Below are positions 1 to 10,004 of a stretch of DNA of 46,168 bases, piece after piece (the stretch's first letter is position 1; every line of letters starts with the position of its first letter). The notes under the pieces were generated by a model. The model was not told the origin of the DNA, ran no database searches, and saw nothing but the letters and a program-made list of their open reading frames with translations. The DNA is taken from the NCBI GenBank assembly GCA_030679985.1, contig JAUXSI010000004.1, positions 1 through 46,168 of the forward strand, in the 5' to 3' direction. The position numbers were made by a program, and so were the translations under genes. The DNA comes from Candidatus Moraniibacteriota bacterium (GTDB taxonomy: Bacteria; Patescibacteriota; Minisyncoccia; Moranbacterales; UBA2206).

Positions 1-135
1 CTATCCTTGCTGCCATAAGATTGGGATTTCGAAGTCAAACTTGAGGATATGTCGCGAGGCCGGTATGATGAAAAGGGGATTGGCGGATACTGATAATGGT
101 GCTATAATAACACCGTAATAGATCAGATTATAATT

Positions 136-1371
136 ATGCCGGAAAAAATAATCCAAAAACCGCTAGCTGACAGGATGCGTCCGGAAAATCTGGAGGAATT
201 CGTCGGGCAGGAAAATATCGTCGGCGCGGATAAAATCCTGCGCAAGATCATCGAGAGCGACCAAATCCCCTCGATGATTTTTTGGGGTCCGCCCGGCAGC
301 GGCAAGACGACGTTGGGGCAGATAATCGCCAAGATGACCGACGCGGACTTTGTGAAATTGAGCGCGGTTTCCAGCGGGGTGAAGGAAATCAGAAACGTTA
401 TCGGGAAAGCGGATGCGGAAACCAAACTGAAAAACAAAAAAACTATCCTTTTTCTGGATGAGATCCATCGTTTTAATAAATCCCAGCAGGACCGGCTGTT
501 GCCATATGTGGAAGACGGTACTTTGATTTTGATCGGGGCGACTACGGAAAATCCGAGTTTTGAAGTCAACCACGCACTCCTGTCGCGGACCCGGGTTTTC
601 GTGCTGGAACCGCTGGCGGCGGCGGACGTGAAGAAATTAGTGAAGCGCGCGCTTTCCGACAGGGAGAGGGGTTTGGGAAAAGTAAAAATAGGGATCGCGG
701 AAAAAGATTTGGATTTTCTGGCCGGACTTTCCAATGGCGACGCGCGTACGGCGCTCAACGTTTTGGAATTGGCGGCGGCGATCGGGAAAAAAACGGACGG
801 CGGGCAAATGACAATTGGGAAAGAAGAAATCAAGGAGGCCTTGCAAAAAACCAGCTTGCTCTATGACCGGGCGGGGGAACAGCACTATAATATTATTTCA
901 GCTTTGCACAAAAGTATGCGCGGCGGAGACGCGGACGCCGCATAGTATTGGCTGGCGCGTATGCTGGAGGGCGGGGAGGACCCGCTCTATTTGGCAAGAA
1001 GGATCATCAGTTTCTCTTCCGAAGACATCGGCATCGCCAATTCATTCGCGCTGGAGCAGGCCGTCAGTGCTTATCATTCTTGCCATTATATCGGGATGCC
1101 AGAGTGTGGAGTCAACTTGGCTCAAGCGGTAGTCTATATGGCCAAGTCGAAAAAAAGCAACGCCTTGTATGTCGCTTATGAAAAAGCCAAACAAGACGCG
1201 AAAAATTTTCCCGCCGAACCGGTGCCTGTACATCTCCGCAACGCGCCGACCAAACTGATGAAAGACTTGGATTATGGCAAGGACTATAAATACACGCCGG
1301 ATTTTGAAAATCCCGAGGATGCTCGGCAGGACTATCTGCCGGACAAATTGAAGGGGCGGAAATATCTATAA
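136..1371 (+). CDS. rarA: Replication-associated recombination protein A (AAA+ ATPase, MgsA family), interrupted by in-frame TAG at 943-945
   Basis: [62 protein letters not shown]. ORFs 136..945 and 961..1371 are in the same frame, giving [18 protein letters not shown]. Confidence 0.93.
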
Positions 1372-1424
1372 ACTTTATTTGTTCAAACCTGGAAAAAAGG
1401 GTAAAATGGGGAAAAGCTTATTTT

Positions 1425-2534
1425 ATGAAAATCGCGCTAGTTCACGATTATTTGGTCCAAGTCGGAGGGGCGGAAAAGGTTCTGGAATGTTTCACGGAGG
1501 TTTTTCCGGACGCCCCGATCCATACATTGGTCTATGATAAAAAACTGATGCACGGGTTTTTCGTAGGCAAGGATATCCGGACATCTTTTCTGCAGAATAT
1601 CCCGTTCTCCCGGAAAAAACATCGGGTTTTTCCGCAATTTATGCCGATGGCCATCGAGCAATTCGATTTTTCCGGCTACGATGTCGTCCTGTCGGATTCT
1701 TCCAGTTTCGCCAAAGGCATCATCACCGGTCCGGAAACGCTGCATATCTGCTATATGCATACCCCGATGCGGTTCGCTTGGGATGATTGCCAGAAATATA
1801 CCGAAGATTTCTATTTCCCTTCGATCATAAAAAGGTTCATACCCTTGGTGATGAATTATGTCCGGATCTGGGACCGTGTCAGCGCCGATCGGCCGGACAA
1901 GATCATCGCTAATTCGAAATTCATCGCGCGCAGGATAAAAAAATATTACAAGCGGGACTCCGTCGTGCTCAATCCGCCGATCGATGTTGCGCGGTTCTAT
2001 GCCAGCGAAGATCGCGGGGATTATTTCCTGCTGGTCGGCCGGTTTATGGCGTACAAAAAATTGGATCTCGTGGTCCAAGCTTTCAACCGGATGGGCTTGC
2101 GGTTGAAAATAATCGGCCGGGGACCGGAATACCAGAAATTAAAAGGGATGGCGGAAGGCAATATCGAATTTCTGGGGCGCGTTTCGGACGAGGAATTGCC
2201 GGGATACTATGCGAAGTGCCGGGCGTTCATCTTCCCGCAAGAGGAGGATTTCGGCATAGTGGCCATCGAGGCGATGGCTTCGGGCCGTCCGATAATCGCT
2301 TTCCGCGGCGGCGACATCCCAGAACATATAGAAGAGGGGAAGACGGGCTTGTTTTTTGAAGAACAGACCGTGCAAGCCATTATTGAGGCGGTCGGCAAGT
2401 TCAATGATGGCGACTATAGCCGATCCTATATCCGCAAGCAAGCTGAAAAATTTGACAAAAGCCTGTTTAAGGCTAGAATAAAGGAATATATAGATATGGA
2501 ATACAGGGCTTTTAAGAATAACGGGGTTGTCTGA
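1425..2534 (+). CDS. GT4 (GT-B) glycosyltransferase
   Basis: N-terminal HDYL..GGAE; C-terminal EEDFGIVAIEAMASGRP. Confidence 0.9.
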   Translation: MKIALVHDYLVQVGGAEKVLECFTEVFPDAPIHTLVYDKKLMHGFFVGKDIRTSFLQNIPFSRKKHRVFPQFMPMAIEQFDFSGYDVVLSDSSSFAKGIITGPETLHICYMHTPMRFAWDDCQKYTEDFYFPSIIKRFIPLVMNYVRIWDRVSADRPDKIIANSKFIARRIKKYYKRDSVVLNPPIDVARFYASEDRGDYFLLVGRFMAYKKLDLVVQAFNRMGLRLKIIGRGPEYQKLKGMAEGNIEFLGRVSDEELPGYYAKCRAFIFPQEEDFGIVAIEAMASGRPIIAFRGGDIPEHIEEGKTGLFFEEQTVQAIIEAVGKFNDGDYSRSYIRKQAEKFDKSLFKARIKEYIDMEYRAFKNNGVV

Positions 2535-2566
2535 TACTGAACAGAATCTTGCTAAATTAGCCGTTG

Positions 2567-2679
2567 TTTAATTTTCAATTCACAATTTTCAATTTTCAAT
2601 GAATTTCCAATGACCAAATTTTCAAATTAAAAAATTGATTATTGAATTAAAATTGTAAATTGATAATTGAAAATTTAAA
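2567..2679. repeat. AT-rich 7-nt-periodic imperfect inverted repeat (hairpin element, copy 1)
   Basis: TTTAATTTTCAATT at the left pairs with AATTGAAAATTTAAA at the right; AATTTTC-type heptads; ends 5 nt before ATG 2685. Confidence 0.8.
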
Positions 2680-2684
2680 ATAAT

Positions 2685-3290
2685 ATGGAACTAAAAGAAT
2701 ATTTCAAAATCTTCAAGGAGCATATTAAATTGTTTTCAGCCACAATCATTTTGATCGTGCTGGGCAGTTTCGCGTATTTCGCTTTGCGGCCGGTTTCGTA
2801 TTCAGCCTCGCTGGCGCTTAACATCACCCGTGGCGGAATCCAACAGACTGGGGATTACCGCTACGATGATTTCTACCGTTTGCAGGCGGATGAGAAATTC
2901 GCCGAAACCGTCGTGGAATGGCTGAAAAATCCGCGGACCGTAGTGGACGTCTATGATAAAGCCGGAATCAGCACTGACAGTTTCAGCATGCGCCGGCTGG
3001 CCAAGAGTTTCACAGCGGAAAAGCTTTCCGCGCAGATCGTGGCGGTCTCATTTTCCGCGAAAGATGGAAAATCGGCGGAAAAGCTTTCCGCCGCGATACC
3101 GGAAGCTATCACGGAAAACATCAAGCTGTTGAACAAGAAACAGGATGACGGCACTTGGTTTGAGATCGTGGCGCAAGACCCGGTCATCATCCAGGACCGG
3201 ATCGGCGCGCTGCTTATCTTCTTAGTATCGTCGGCGCTGGGGATTTTCGTGGGATTTTGGGTGGTATTGCTGAAACACTATCTGGAATAA
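2685..3290 (+). CDS. Wzz/CpsC-like polysaccharide chain-length determinant family membrane protein
   Basis: MELKEYFKIF start, N- and C-terminal TM helices, P..Y.AS after TM1, located in a glycosyltransferase cluster. Confidence 0.65.
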   Translation: MELKEYFKIFKEHIKLFSATIILIVLGSFAYFALRPVSYSASLALNITRGGIQQTGDYRYDDFYRLQADEKFAETVVEWLKNPRTVVDVYDKAGISTDSFSMRRLAKSFTAEKLSAQIVAVSFSAKDGKSAEKLSAAIPEAITENIKLLNKKQDDGTWFEIVAQDPVIIQDRIGALLIFLVSSALGIFVGFWVVLLKHYLE

Positions 3291-3429
3291 AAGGTATTAA
3301 TACCCCAGGGCAAGCCCTGGACCCACAGGTTTCCGCGGCAAGCCGCGAAGTATTAAACCTTTTGTTGTTGTCGCTCGTTCGGAAATGAAAAATAATTTTC
3401 ATTTCACTCACTTCGCTAAACAATAAAAA
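3291..3429. repeat. Composite palindromic element (two CAAG-loop GC hairpins plus an AT hairpin), REP/IS200-IS605-end-like
   Basis: CCAGGG-CAAG-CCCTGG (3305-3320) and CGCGG-CAAG-CCGCG (3334-3347) enclosed by AAGGTATTAATAC/GTATTAAACCTT; GAAATGAAAA-ATAA-TTTTCATTTC (3382-3405). Confidence 0.65.
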
Positions 3430-3460
3430 CCGGACGGCATTTATCTTTAACTGTAAGTTT

Positions 3461-4624
3461 ATGCGGATTGGAATCGATGTTCGATGTTTCACGCAAGGAA
3501 GGAATACGGGAGTGGAGGAATATACCTTCAACCTTTTGACCAATCTGTTCAGGCTCGACACGCGCAATGAATACGTGCTTTTTTTTAATTCTTTCCGGTC
3601 CGAGGCAGTCGATTTTTCCTGGATCAAGGAATTTCCAAACGTCAGTCTGAAAAAATTTTCTTGGCCGAACAAGCTTTTGAATTTTCTGTTTTGGTATCTG
3701 GACTGGCCCAAGATAGACAAGCTGATCGGCGGGACGGATGTTTTTTTTATGCCCAATATAATTTTCGGTAGCGTGAGCCGGAACACCAAGCTAGTCCTGA
3801 CTATCCACGACCTGTCTTTCGCCAGGTATCCCGAGACATTTTCCTGGAAGAGGCGCTGGTGGCATATCTTCATAAATCCGCGGAAAATGTGTTTGCGGGC
3901 CGACAGGGTGATCGCGGTTTCCGATTCTTCGGCGCAAGACGTCGCGAAACTGTTCCGGATCAGGCAAGAAAAGATCCGGATAGTCCACAGCGGACTTTCC
4001 GAAAAGTTCAAAGTCCTCGATCGCAATAACGGCGAATTGATCCGCGTCAAAGAAAAATACAGCTTGCCGTATAAATTCATCCTTTTCCTTGGGACGATCG
4101 AGCCGAGAAAAAATATCGCGGCCATCGTCGCGGCCTACAGCCAGCTGCAAAAAGACGCGGCTGGCGCCGGACAGGAGGAGATCGCGAAATATGGGTTGGT
4201 CATCGCGGGATCGGACGGCTGGTTGAATGGGGAGATATTCGCCGAAATCAACGCTTCCAAATTCCGGGACAAGATAATAGTCGCGAAATTCATCAATGAG
4301 GCTGATAAGGCATATGTCATGAATCTGGCGTCACTCTTCGTTTATCCGTCGGTTTTCGAAGGCTTCGGTTTTCCGCCGCTTGAAGCGATGGCTTGCGGGG
4401 TGCCGGTCATCACATCGAACAATTCCTCGTTGCCGGAAATCGTCGGCAACGGGGGGATCATGATTGATCCGCACAAGCCGGACGAGTTATGCCGGGCGAT
4501 GAAAGAGGTGATAATGGACAAGGGGTTGCGCGATGATCTTGTCGCCAAAGGTTTCGTCCAAGCCAAAAATTTCAACTGGTCGAAAACCGCGGAAGAATTT
4601 TTGAAGATGGCCAATAAGCTTTAG
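3461..4624 (+). CDS. GT4 glycosyltransferase (mannosyltransferase-like)
   Basis: MRIGIDVR, TIHDL, GTIEPRKN, EGFGFPPLEAMACGVPV. Confidence 0.9.
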   Translation: MRIGIDVRCFTQGRNTGVEEYTFNLLTNLFRLDTRNEYVLFFNSFRSEAVDFSWIKEFPNVSLKKFSWPNKLLNFLFWYLDWPKIDKLIGGTDVFFMPNIIFGSVSRNTKLVLTIHDLSFARYPETFSWKRRWWHIFINPRKMCLRADRVIAVSDSSAQDVAKLFRIRQEKIRIVHSGLSEKFKVLDRNNGELIRVKEKYSLPYKFILFLGTIEPRKNIAAIVAAYSQLQKDAAGAGQEEIAKYGLVIAGSDGWLNGEIFAEINASKFRDKIIVAKFINEADKAYVMNLASLFVYPSVFEGFGFPPLEAMACGVPVITSNNSSLPEIVGNGGIMIDPHKPDELCRAMKEVIMDKGLRDDLVAKGFVQAKNFNWSKTAEEFLKMANKL

Positions 4625-4691
4625 GTATGGATAAGGGCCGGAGCGTTTTGTTACGGTGGTTCTCGCGCGCATAGTCTGAGGGTGTTTTTAA

Positions 4692-4700
4692 TGGTATAAT
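4692..4700 (+). promoter_or_regulatory. Extended -10 promoter, probably leaderless transcript
   Basis: TG-g-TATAAT, then 6 nt, then ATG 4707. Confidence 0.55.
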
Positions 4701-4706
4701 TGGATT

Positions 4707-5831
4707 ATGAAAATTGGCATTGACGCGCGTTTTTTCGGCATAAGGCAAAAAGGCTTGGGGCGCTATACCCAAAAGCTGGTGGAGAATTTGGAAAAAATTG
4801 ATCCGGTCAATGAGTATTTCGTGTTCCTTCAAAAGGATAATTTCGAAGAGTATCAACCGAAAAATCCGAACTTCCAGAAAATCTTAGCGGATTATAAATG
4901 GTATACTTTCGGCGAACAGGTTTTTTTCCCGCGGATGCTCTATAAATACGGATTGGATTTGGTGCATTTCCCGCATTTCAATGTCCCGTTGTTATATTTC
5001 AAAAGATTCATCGTGACCATCCATGATTTGACCCTGGTGCATTTTCCTACCGTCAAAAACAGTACGCTGCACCCGGTTTTTTATTGGATAAAATTTTTCG
5101 CGTATCTGGCGGTCATCCGGGCGGCGATAGTGCGGGCGGAAAGCGTCATTGCCATTTCCCAGTTCACTAAGGATGATGTCATAAAAAAATACGGGCCGGC
5201 CATAAAAAACAAGACCGTCGTGACTTATGAAGCTTGTGAAGATTTTTGCATGTTCAGCCAAAGAAACGGCCAGGAAATCCTGCGGGAATATGGTATAATT
5301 AAGCCGTATCTGATTTATGTGGGTAATGCGTATCCGCATAAGAATTTAGACAGGCTGGTGCTGGCCTTTGCCCGGGCATTCGGGGAAAGAAATGATTTCC
5401 AATTGGTGCTGGTCGGCAAAAACGACTATTTCTACGGCCGGCTGAGAAAGACGGTCCAGAAGCATCGGATAGAGGGCGTCATTTTTCTTTCGGACGTTTC
5501 GGACTATGAGTTGGACAGTCTGTTCCACTGCTCGGTTGCCAACGTTTTCCCGTCCTTGTATGAAGGATTCGGCCTGCCGCCGCTTGAGGCGATGTCCAAG
5601 GGCGTGCCGGTCATATCTTCCGACCATCCTTGTATGCGGGAGGTTCTGGGTGAAAGCGCACATTTTTTCGACGGCCAGGATGTCGCGGCGATAACCGAGG
5701 CGATGGCAAGGATAGTCAGCGACGTGGAATTGCGCGAAGATTTGATCGGAAAAGGCTATAACCAAGCCAGGAAATACAGCTGGAAAAAAATGGCCGAAGA
5801 GACTTTAGCAATATATTCGAACAAAGCTTGA
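4707..5831 (+). CDS. GT4 glycosyltransferase (mannosyltransferase-like)
   Basis: MKIGIDAR, TIHDL, GNAYPHKN, EGFGLPPLEAMSKGVPV. Confidence 0.9.
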   Translation: MKIGIDARFFGIRQKGLGRYTQKLVENLEKIDPVNEYFVFLQKDNFEEYQPKNPNFQKILADYKWYTFGEQVFFPRMLYKYGLDLVHFPHFNVPLLYFKRFIVTIHDLTLVHFPTVKNSTLHPVFYWIKFFAYLAVIRAAIVRAESVIAISQFTKDDVIKKYGPAIKNKTVVTYEACEDFCMFSQRNGQEILREYGIIKPYLIYVGNAYPHKNLDRLVLAFARAFGERNDFQLVLVGKNDYFYGRLRKTVQKHRIEGVIFLSDVSDYELDSLFHCSVANVFPSLYEGFGLPPLEAMSKGVPVISSDHPCMREVLGESAHFFDGQDVAAITEAMARIVSDVELREDLIGKGYNQARKYSWKKMAEETLAIYSNKA

Positions 5832-8305
5832 TGGAAAACAAAAACAAAGTCTGTTCTTGGACAGACAGGAATAAAATAAATCTACGGATGTCGGATATCC
5901 GGCCGGCTAACCAAGGCGGCGGTTCGCAGATGGGGAGGATCGGCCAGGCGGCGGGACGTCCGGTCGGATCGGCCAGGCGGGCGATTCTGGGTGATATCCG
6001 GCGTCCGGACCGCGCCATACCGCAACCGGTGCCAGCCAAGCGGAGTCCGATTAACCGGAGCGGTCTGTCATATCCGGCCATTCCGAATGGTGCCGTAAGG
6101 GTAAAAATCGAAAGTAATATTAGGCCTACCCGGCTGGCAGACAAGCCGGCCGAAGCGGAAGATATGACGGCCAGATGGGCACGGTTTTCCGGCGCGGATG
6201 GTCCGGACAATAACATTCCAGATGAAATTGTTTTTGGCGATCCGGACGGATCCCATCGGAACGGGCGATTGGCAGGGGCTGGGTCCGACGGATCGGTCTC
6301 GTTTGCCAGGCCGTTTCCAGCCCGGCAGTATAATAAGAGAATACTGTTTTCTTTTGCGGGAGTGGCGGCGGCCATATTTCTGGTGATAGCCGGCACAGGT
6401 CTTTTTAATAAGGGGATGGGAATCAAAGATGCGGTTTTGGGCATCGGGCAAGGCGCGTATATCGACTTGGCTATGGCCAAGGACGGTATGGCCGGGCGTG
6501 ATTTCCAAAAATCCGCTTTTGAGTTCGGCGAGGCGTATGACAAGTTTGGAAGAATATCCCAAGACATAAACAGTCTGGGCGGAATCATGGTTGAGACTTC
6601 CCGGTTCATCCCGTTTTTTTCAAAGATATCCTCCGGCGACCATATCGCCCAGGCCGGGAAAGATGTTTCCCGAATTGGGATTTTAGCCAGTGAAATCATG
6701 CAGTCACTGGAGGCGGTCAAGAATCCGTTGAAAAACGATGCCGGTCCGACCGTGTCTTTTTTGCAGATATTCCAGAATACCGACAGGAACCTGAAAGAAA
6801 TCGCCATCCTGATGCAAGATGTCCAGGATAATCTGGACAAGGTGAATTTGGACGATATTCCCGCGGACAAGCGGGCGCAATTTGCCGGATTGAAAAACCA
6901 ATTGCCGGAAACCAACCGGTTCCTGGCGGAGTTTATCGGGAACAGCCAAATTTTTACGGACGTGCTGGGTGGCAACGGTCCGCGCAAATACCTGTTCCTA
7001 TTCCAGAACAACCAGGAGATGCGCGCCACCGGAGGTTTCATCGGCACCTATGGCGTGCTGGATATTTTCAACGGCAATGTGCGAAGGTTTTTTATCGACG
7101 GAATCTATAATCCTGACGGCCAACTGAGGGAAAAGGTCGTTCCGCCGGTGCCGATCCAGAAAATTTCGGCGGCTTGGAGCCTGCATGACAGCAATTGGTT
7201 TCCGGATTTTCCGAAATCAGCCGAAAAAGCCGCTTGGTTCTATGAAAAAACTGGCGGGCCGACCGTGGATGGCGTGATTACGATGACGCCCACCGTGATG
7301 CAAAAAATGTTGGAGATTACTGGGCCTATCGAACTGCCGGAATATGGCGTAACGGTGGATAAGGACAATTTTATAGAAAAAATCCAATATGAGGTGGAAG
7401 TGGATTATGACAAAGAGCTGAACAAACCCAAACAGATTTTGGCCGACCTGGCGCCGAAAATCCTAGACAGGCTTTTCAATGTCCGGAACTTTTCCGATAT
7501 CGCCCGGACTGCGGATGTCTTATCGGAAAGTTTGAATGAAAAGCAGATTTTGATTTATTCAAAGAATTACGAAATTGAAAGCGTGTTGTCCAAGCAGGGA
7601 TGGTCGGGTGAAATATTGGATACGCAAAAGGATTATCTGAGCGTGATCAATACGAACATCAACGGGTACAAGACGGACGGAGTGGTTGATGAGAAAATCG
7701 AACATCAGGCGGAAATCCAGCCGGACGGTTCGGTGGTTGACACCCTGACAGTAACTCGTCATCATAATGGAGGCAGTCTGGCGCATGAGTGGTGGAACAA
7801 AGTCAACGCGGATTATATGCGGGTCTATGTACCGAAGGGTTCAATCCTGCTTTCGGCCGAAGGGCAGACGCGCGAATACAACACGCCGCCTTTGGATTAC
7901 CGCGCTTTGGCCTTTAAACAAGACGCCCAGGTGCGGATGGAGGAGGATTCGCTGAAAATCGATGAGGAAAGTGGAACCAAGATCTATGAGGATTCGGACA
8001 AGACCGTCTTTGCTAATTGGGCCTATGTCAGTCCGCAGGAAACCGTGACGATAAGATATAAATACCTCCTGCCATTCAAGCTGGCTATGGATAGTAAAAA
8101 TAAACCGGTGGACACCTATTCGCTTTTGGCCCAAAAACAAGCTGGCAGCCTGGGCAGCGGATTCATTTCGCGTATCACATACCCGGACAAATACAAGATG
8201 GTTTGGAATTATCCGGAACAAGTCACGCGGGGGAATAATAATATAAGGATCGAAAGCGATCTCAAGACGGATAAATTCGTAGGCGCCGCGTTCACGCAAA
8301 GATAA
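5828..8305 (+). CDS. DUF4012-domain membrane-anchored protein (start uncertain)
   Basis: YLFLFQNNQEMRATGGFIG, DSNWFPDFP, VDGVI, KQAG motifs; single TM after a low-complexity N-terminus. Confidence 0.8.
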   Translation: MMENKNKVCSWTDRNKINLRMSDIRPANQGGGSQMGRIGQAAGRPVGSARRAILGDIRRPDRAIPQPVPAKRSPINRSGLSYPAIPNGAVRVKIESNIRPTRLADKPAEAEDMTARWARFSGADGPDNNIPDEIVFGDPDGSHRNGRLAGAGSDGSVSFARPFPARQYNKRILFSFAGVAAAIFLVIAGTGLFNKGMGIKDAVLGIGQGAYIDLAMAKDGMAGRDFQKSAFEFGEAYDKFGRISQDINSLGGIMVETSRFIPFFSKISSGDHIAQAGKDVSRIGILASEIMQSLEAVKNPLKNDAGPTVSFLQIFQNTDRNLKEIAILMQDVQDNLDKVNLDDIPADKRAQFAGLKNQLPETNRFLAEFIGNSQIFTDVLGGNGPRKYLFLFQNNQEMRATGGFIGTYGVLDIFNGNVRRFFIDGIYNPDGQLREKVVPPVPIQKISAAWSLHDSNWFPDFPKSAEKAAWFYEKTGGPTVDGVITMTPTVMQKMLEITGPIELPEYGVTVDKDNFIEKIQYEVEVDYDKELNKPKQILADLAPKILDRLFNVRNFSDIARTADVLSESLNEKQILIYSKNYEIESVLSKQGWSGEILDTQKDYLSVINTNINGYKTDGVVDEKIEHQAEIQPDGSVVDTLTVTRHHNGGSLAHEWWNKVNADYMRVYVPKGSILLSAEGQTREYNTPPLDYRALAFKQDAQVRMEEDSLKIDEESGTKIYEDSDKTVFANWAYVSPQETVTIRYKYLLPFKLAMDSKNKPVDTYSLLAQKQAGSLGSGFISRITYPDKYKMVWNYPEQVTRGNNNIRIESDLKTDKFVGAAFTQR

Positions 8306-8309
8306 GTTT

Positions 8310-9959
8310 ATGATGGATAAAATTTTCAAAAATAATTTCATATTGAAGTCCCGGCCGACCGAGTCGGTCATTTCCGCGGCTTTCGTAATAACGGTCGCGG
8401 GCCTCCTGAGCAACCTGCTCGGGCTTGTGCGCGATCGTTTGCTGGCTTCGACTTTCGGAGCCGGTGATACGCTGGACGTGTATTACGCGGCCTTCCGGAT
8501 TCCGGATCTGATTTATAGCTTGCTTATCCTGGGTTCGATGAGCGCCGCTTTTATTCCGGTCTTCACCGGATTGCGAAGCAAGGAGGGCGATAATGACGAA
8601 GCTTGGCGTCTGACCAATGGGATTATGAACCTGTCCTTATTTTTGATCATCATCATTTCGCTGGTTTGTGCGATTGCCGCGCCGTTTTTAATGCGGATCA
8701 TCACCCCGGGCTTTTCTCCGGAAAAGATGGAAAGCGCGGTTTTGTTCACCCGTATAATGTTTCTAAGTCCGATTTTTCTGGGCATCAGCGGAATTATGGG
8801 TGGCGTCCTGACCTCGATGAAACATTTTTTGGTCTATTCGGTCGCGCCGCTTCTATATAATATCGGCATCATCCTGGGCATCACCGTATTCGTCGGTTTT
8901 ATGGGACCGATCGGATTGGCGTGGGGAGTGGTTTTCGGGGCGCTGATGCATATGGTCCTGCAATATACGACGGTGCGGAAATTGGGTTATGTCCATCGGT
9001 GGGGGTTGGCGGCGGCTTGGCAAAATCGAAACGTGCGCAAAGTTTTCTCATTGATGTTGCCGCGGATGACCGGCATCGCGATCAATCAGTTCAATCTGAT
9101 GGTGATCACGGTGTTCGCTTCGACGTTGGCGGCCGGCAGCCTGGCGGTGTTCAATTTTTCTCAAAACCTGGCCAGCGTGCCGCTGAGCGTATTCGGCATA
9201 TCTTTCGCTATCGCGGTCTTTCCCGTCCTGTCGACATATGCCGCGCGCGGCGAGAAGGAAAATTTCGTAAAGGCTTTTTCGGAAACTTTCCGCCAGATAA
9301 TGTTTTTTGTCATCCCACTGAGCGTGTTTATGGTCGTTCTGCGGGCGCAGATCGTGCGGGTCGTTTTGGGAGCCGGGAAGTTCGACTGGAACGATACGAT
9401 TCTGACTTTCCAATGCCTGGGAATCTTGGCGCTCAGTCTGTTCGCGCAAAGCGCGGTGCAGCTTCTGGCCCGTTCGTTCTATGCTCTGCAAGACACCAAG
9501 ACCCCTTTCTATATCGCCATCGCCACGGAGGCCGTGAACATCCTGGCAGTCATAATGCTTATTGACCGCGTCCAGATCGTCGGCTTGGCGATCGCGTTCT
9601 CCCTGGCCAACGTGGTACAGATGATGCTGTTACTTTTCTTTTTGCGGGCGCGCTTCGACAACTTGGATGACCGTAACATCATCCTGTCGGTATCGAAAAT
9701 CGCCTTCGCTTCCTTCGCTGCCGGGCTTGGGATACAAGGCGCGAAATACGCGGTCGCTTCGGCAGTCGATCTGGATACGTTTTTGGGAGTTTTTACCCAA
9801 TTGACCGTTCCGTTGGTTCTAGGATTTGCGATCTTTATCGGCATCAGCCATCTTTTGAAGCTGGAAGAATTCATCTTGTTCAAGAATTCACTCACCCGGA
9901 AAATGTTCAAAGGCAATAAGGTGATCCTGGAGAGTACGGATGAAGTGAGTCGGATGTGA
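8310..9959 (+). CDS. murJ: Lipid II flippase MurJ/MviN
   Basis: LGLVRD..LA..FGAG, AAFRIPD, AAFIPVF, RSFYALQDTKTP; many TM helices. Confidence 0.92.
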   Translation: MMDKIFKNNFILKSRPTESVISAAFVITVAGLLSNLLGLVRDRLLASTFGAGDTLDVYYAAFRIPDLIYSLLILGSMSAAFIPVFTGLRSKEGDNDEAWRLTNGIMNLSLFLIIIISLVCAIAAPFLMRIITPGFSPEKMESAVLFTRIMFLSPIFLGISGIMGGVLTSMKHFLVYSVAPLLYNIGIILGITVFVGFMGPIGLAWGVVFGALMHMVLQYTTVRKLGYVHRWGLAAAWQNRNVRKVFSLMLPRMTGIAINQFNLMVITVFASTLAAGSLAVFNFSQNLASVPLSVFGISFAIAVFPVLSTYAARGEKENFVKAFSETFRQIMFFVIPLSVFMVVLRAQIVRVVLGAGKFDWNDTILTFQCLGILALSLFAQSAVQLLARSFYALQDTKTPFYIAIATEAVNILAVIMLIDRVQIVGLAIAFSLANVVQMMLLLFFLRARFDNLDDRNIILSVSKIAFASFAAGLGIQGAKYAVASAVDLDTFLGVFTQLTVPLVLGFAIFIGISHLLKLEEFILFKNSLTRKMFKGNKVILESTDEVSRM

Positions 9960-10004
9960 CCGATTCTTGATTATTCTTCGGTTCTAGGCTAAGATGGATA
10001 CTAT

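Noticed and set aside
1-16. Start of a divergent gene (MAARI...) running off the window
   Set aside because: Only five codons visible; cannot be supported
5716-7047. Long minus-strand ORFs (e.g. 5716..7047, 3214..4125, 10521..11381)
   Set aside because: Antisense shadows of well-supported + strand genes with no recognisable motifs
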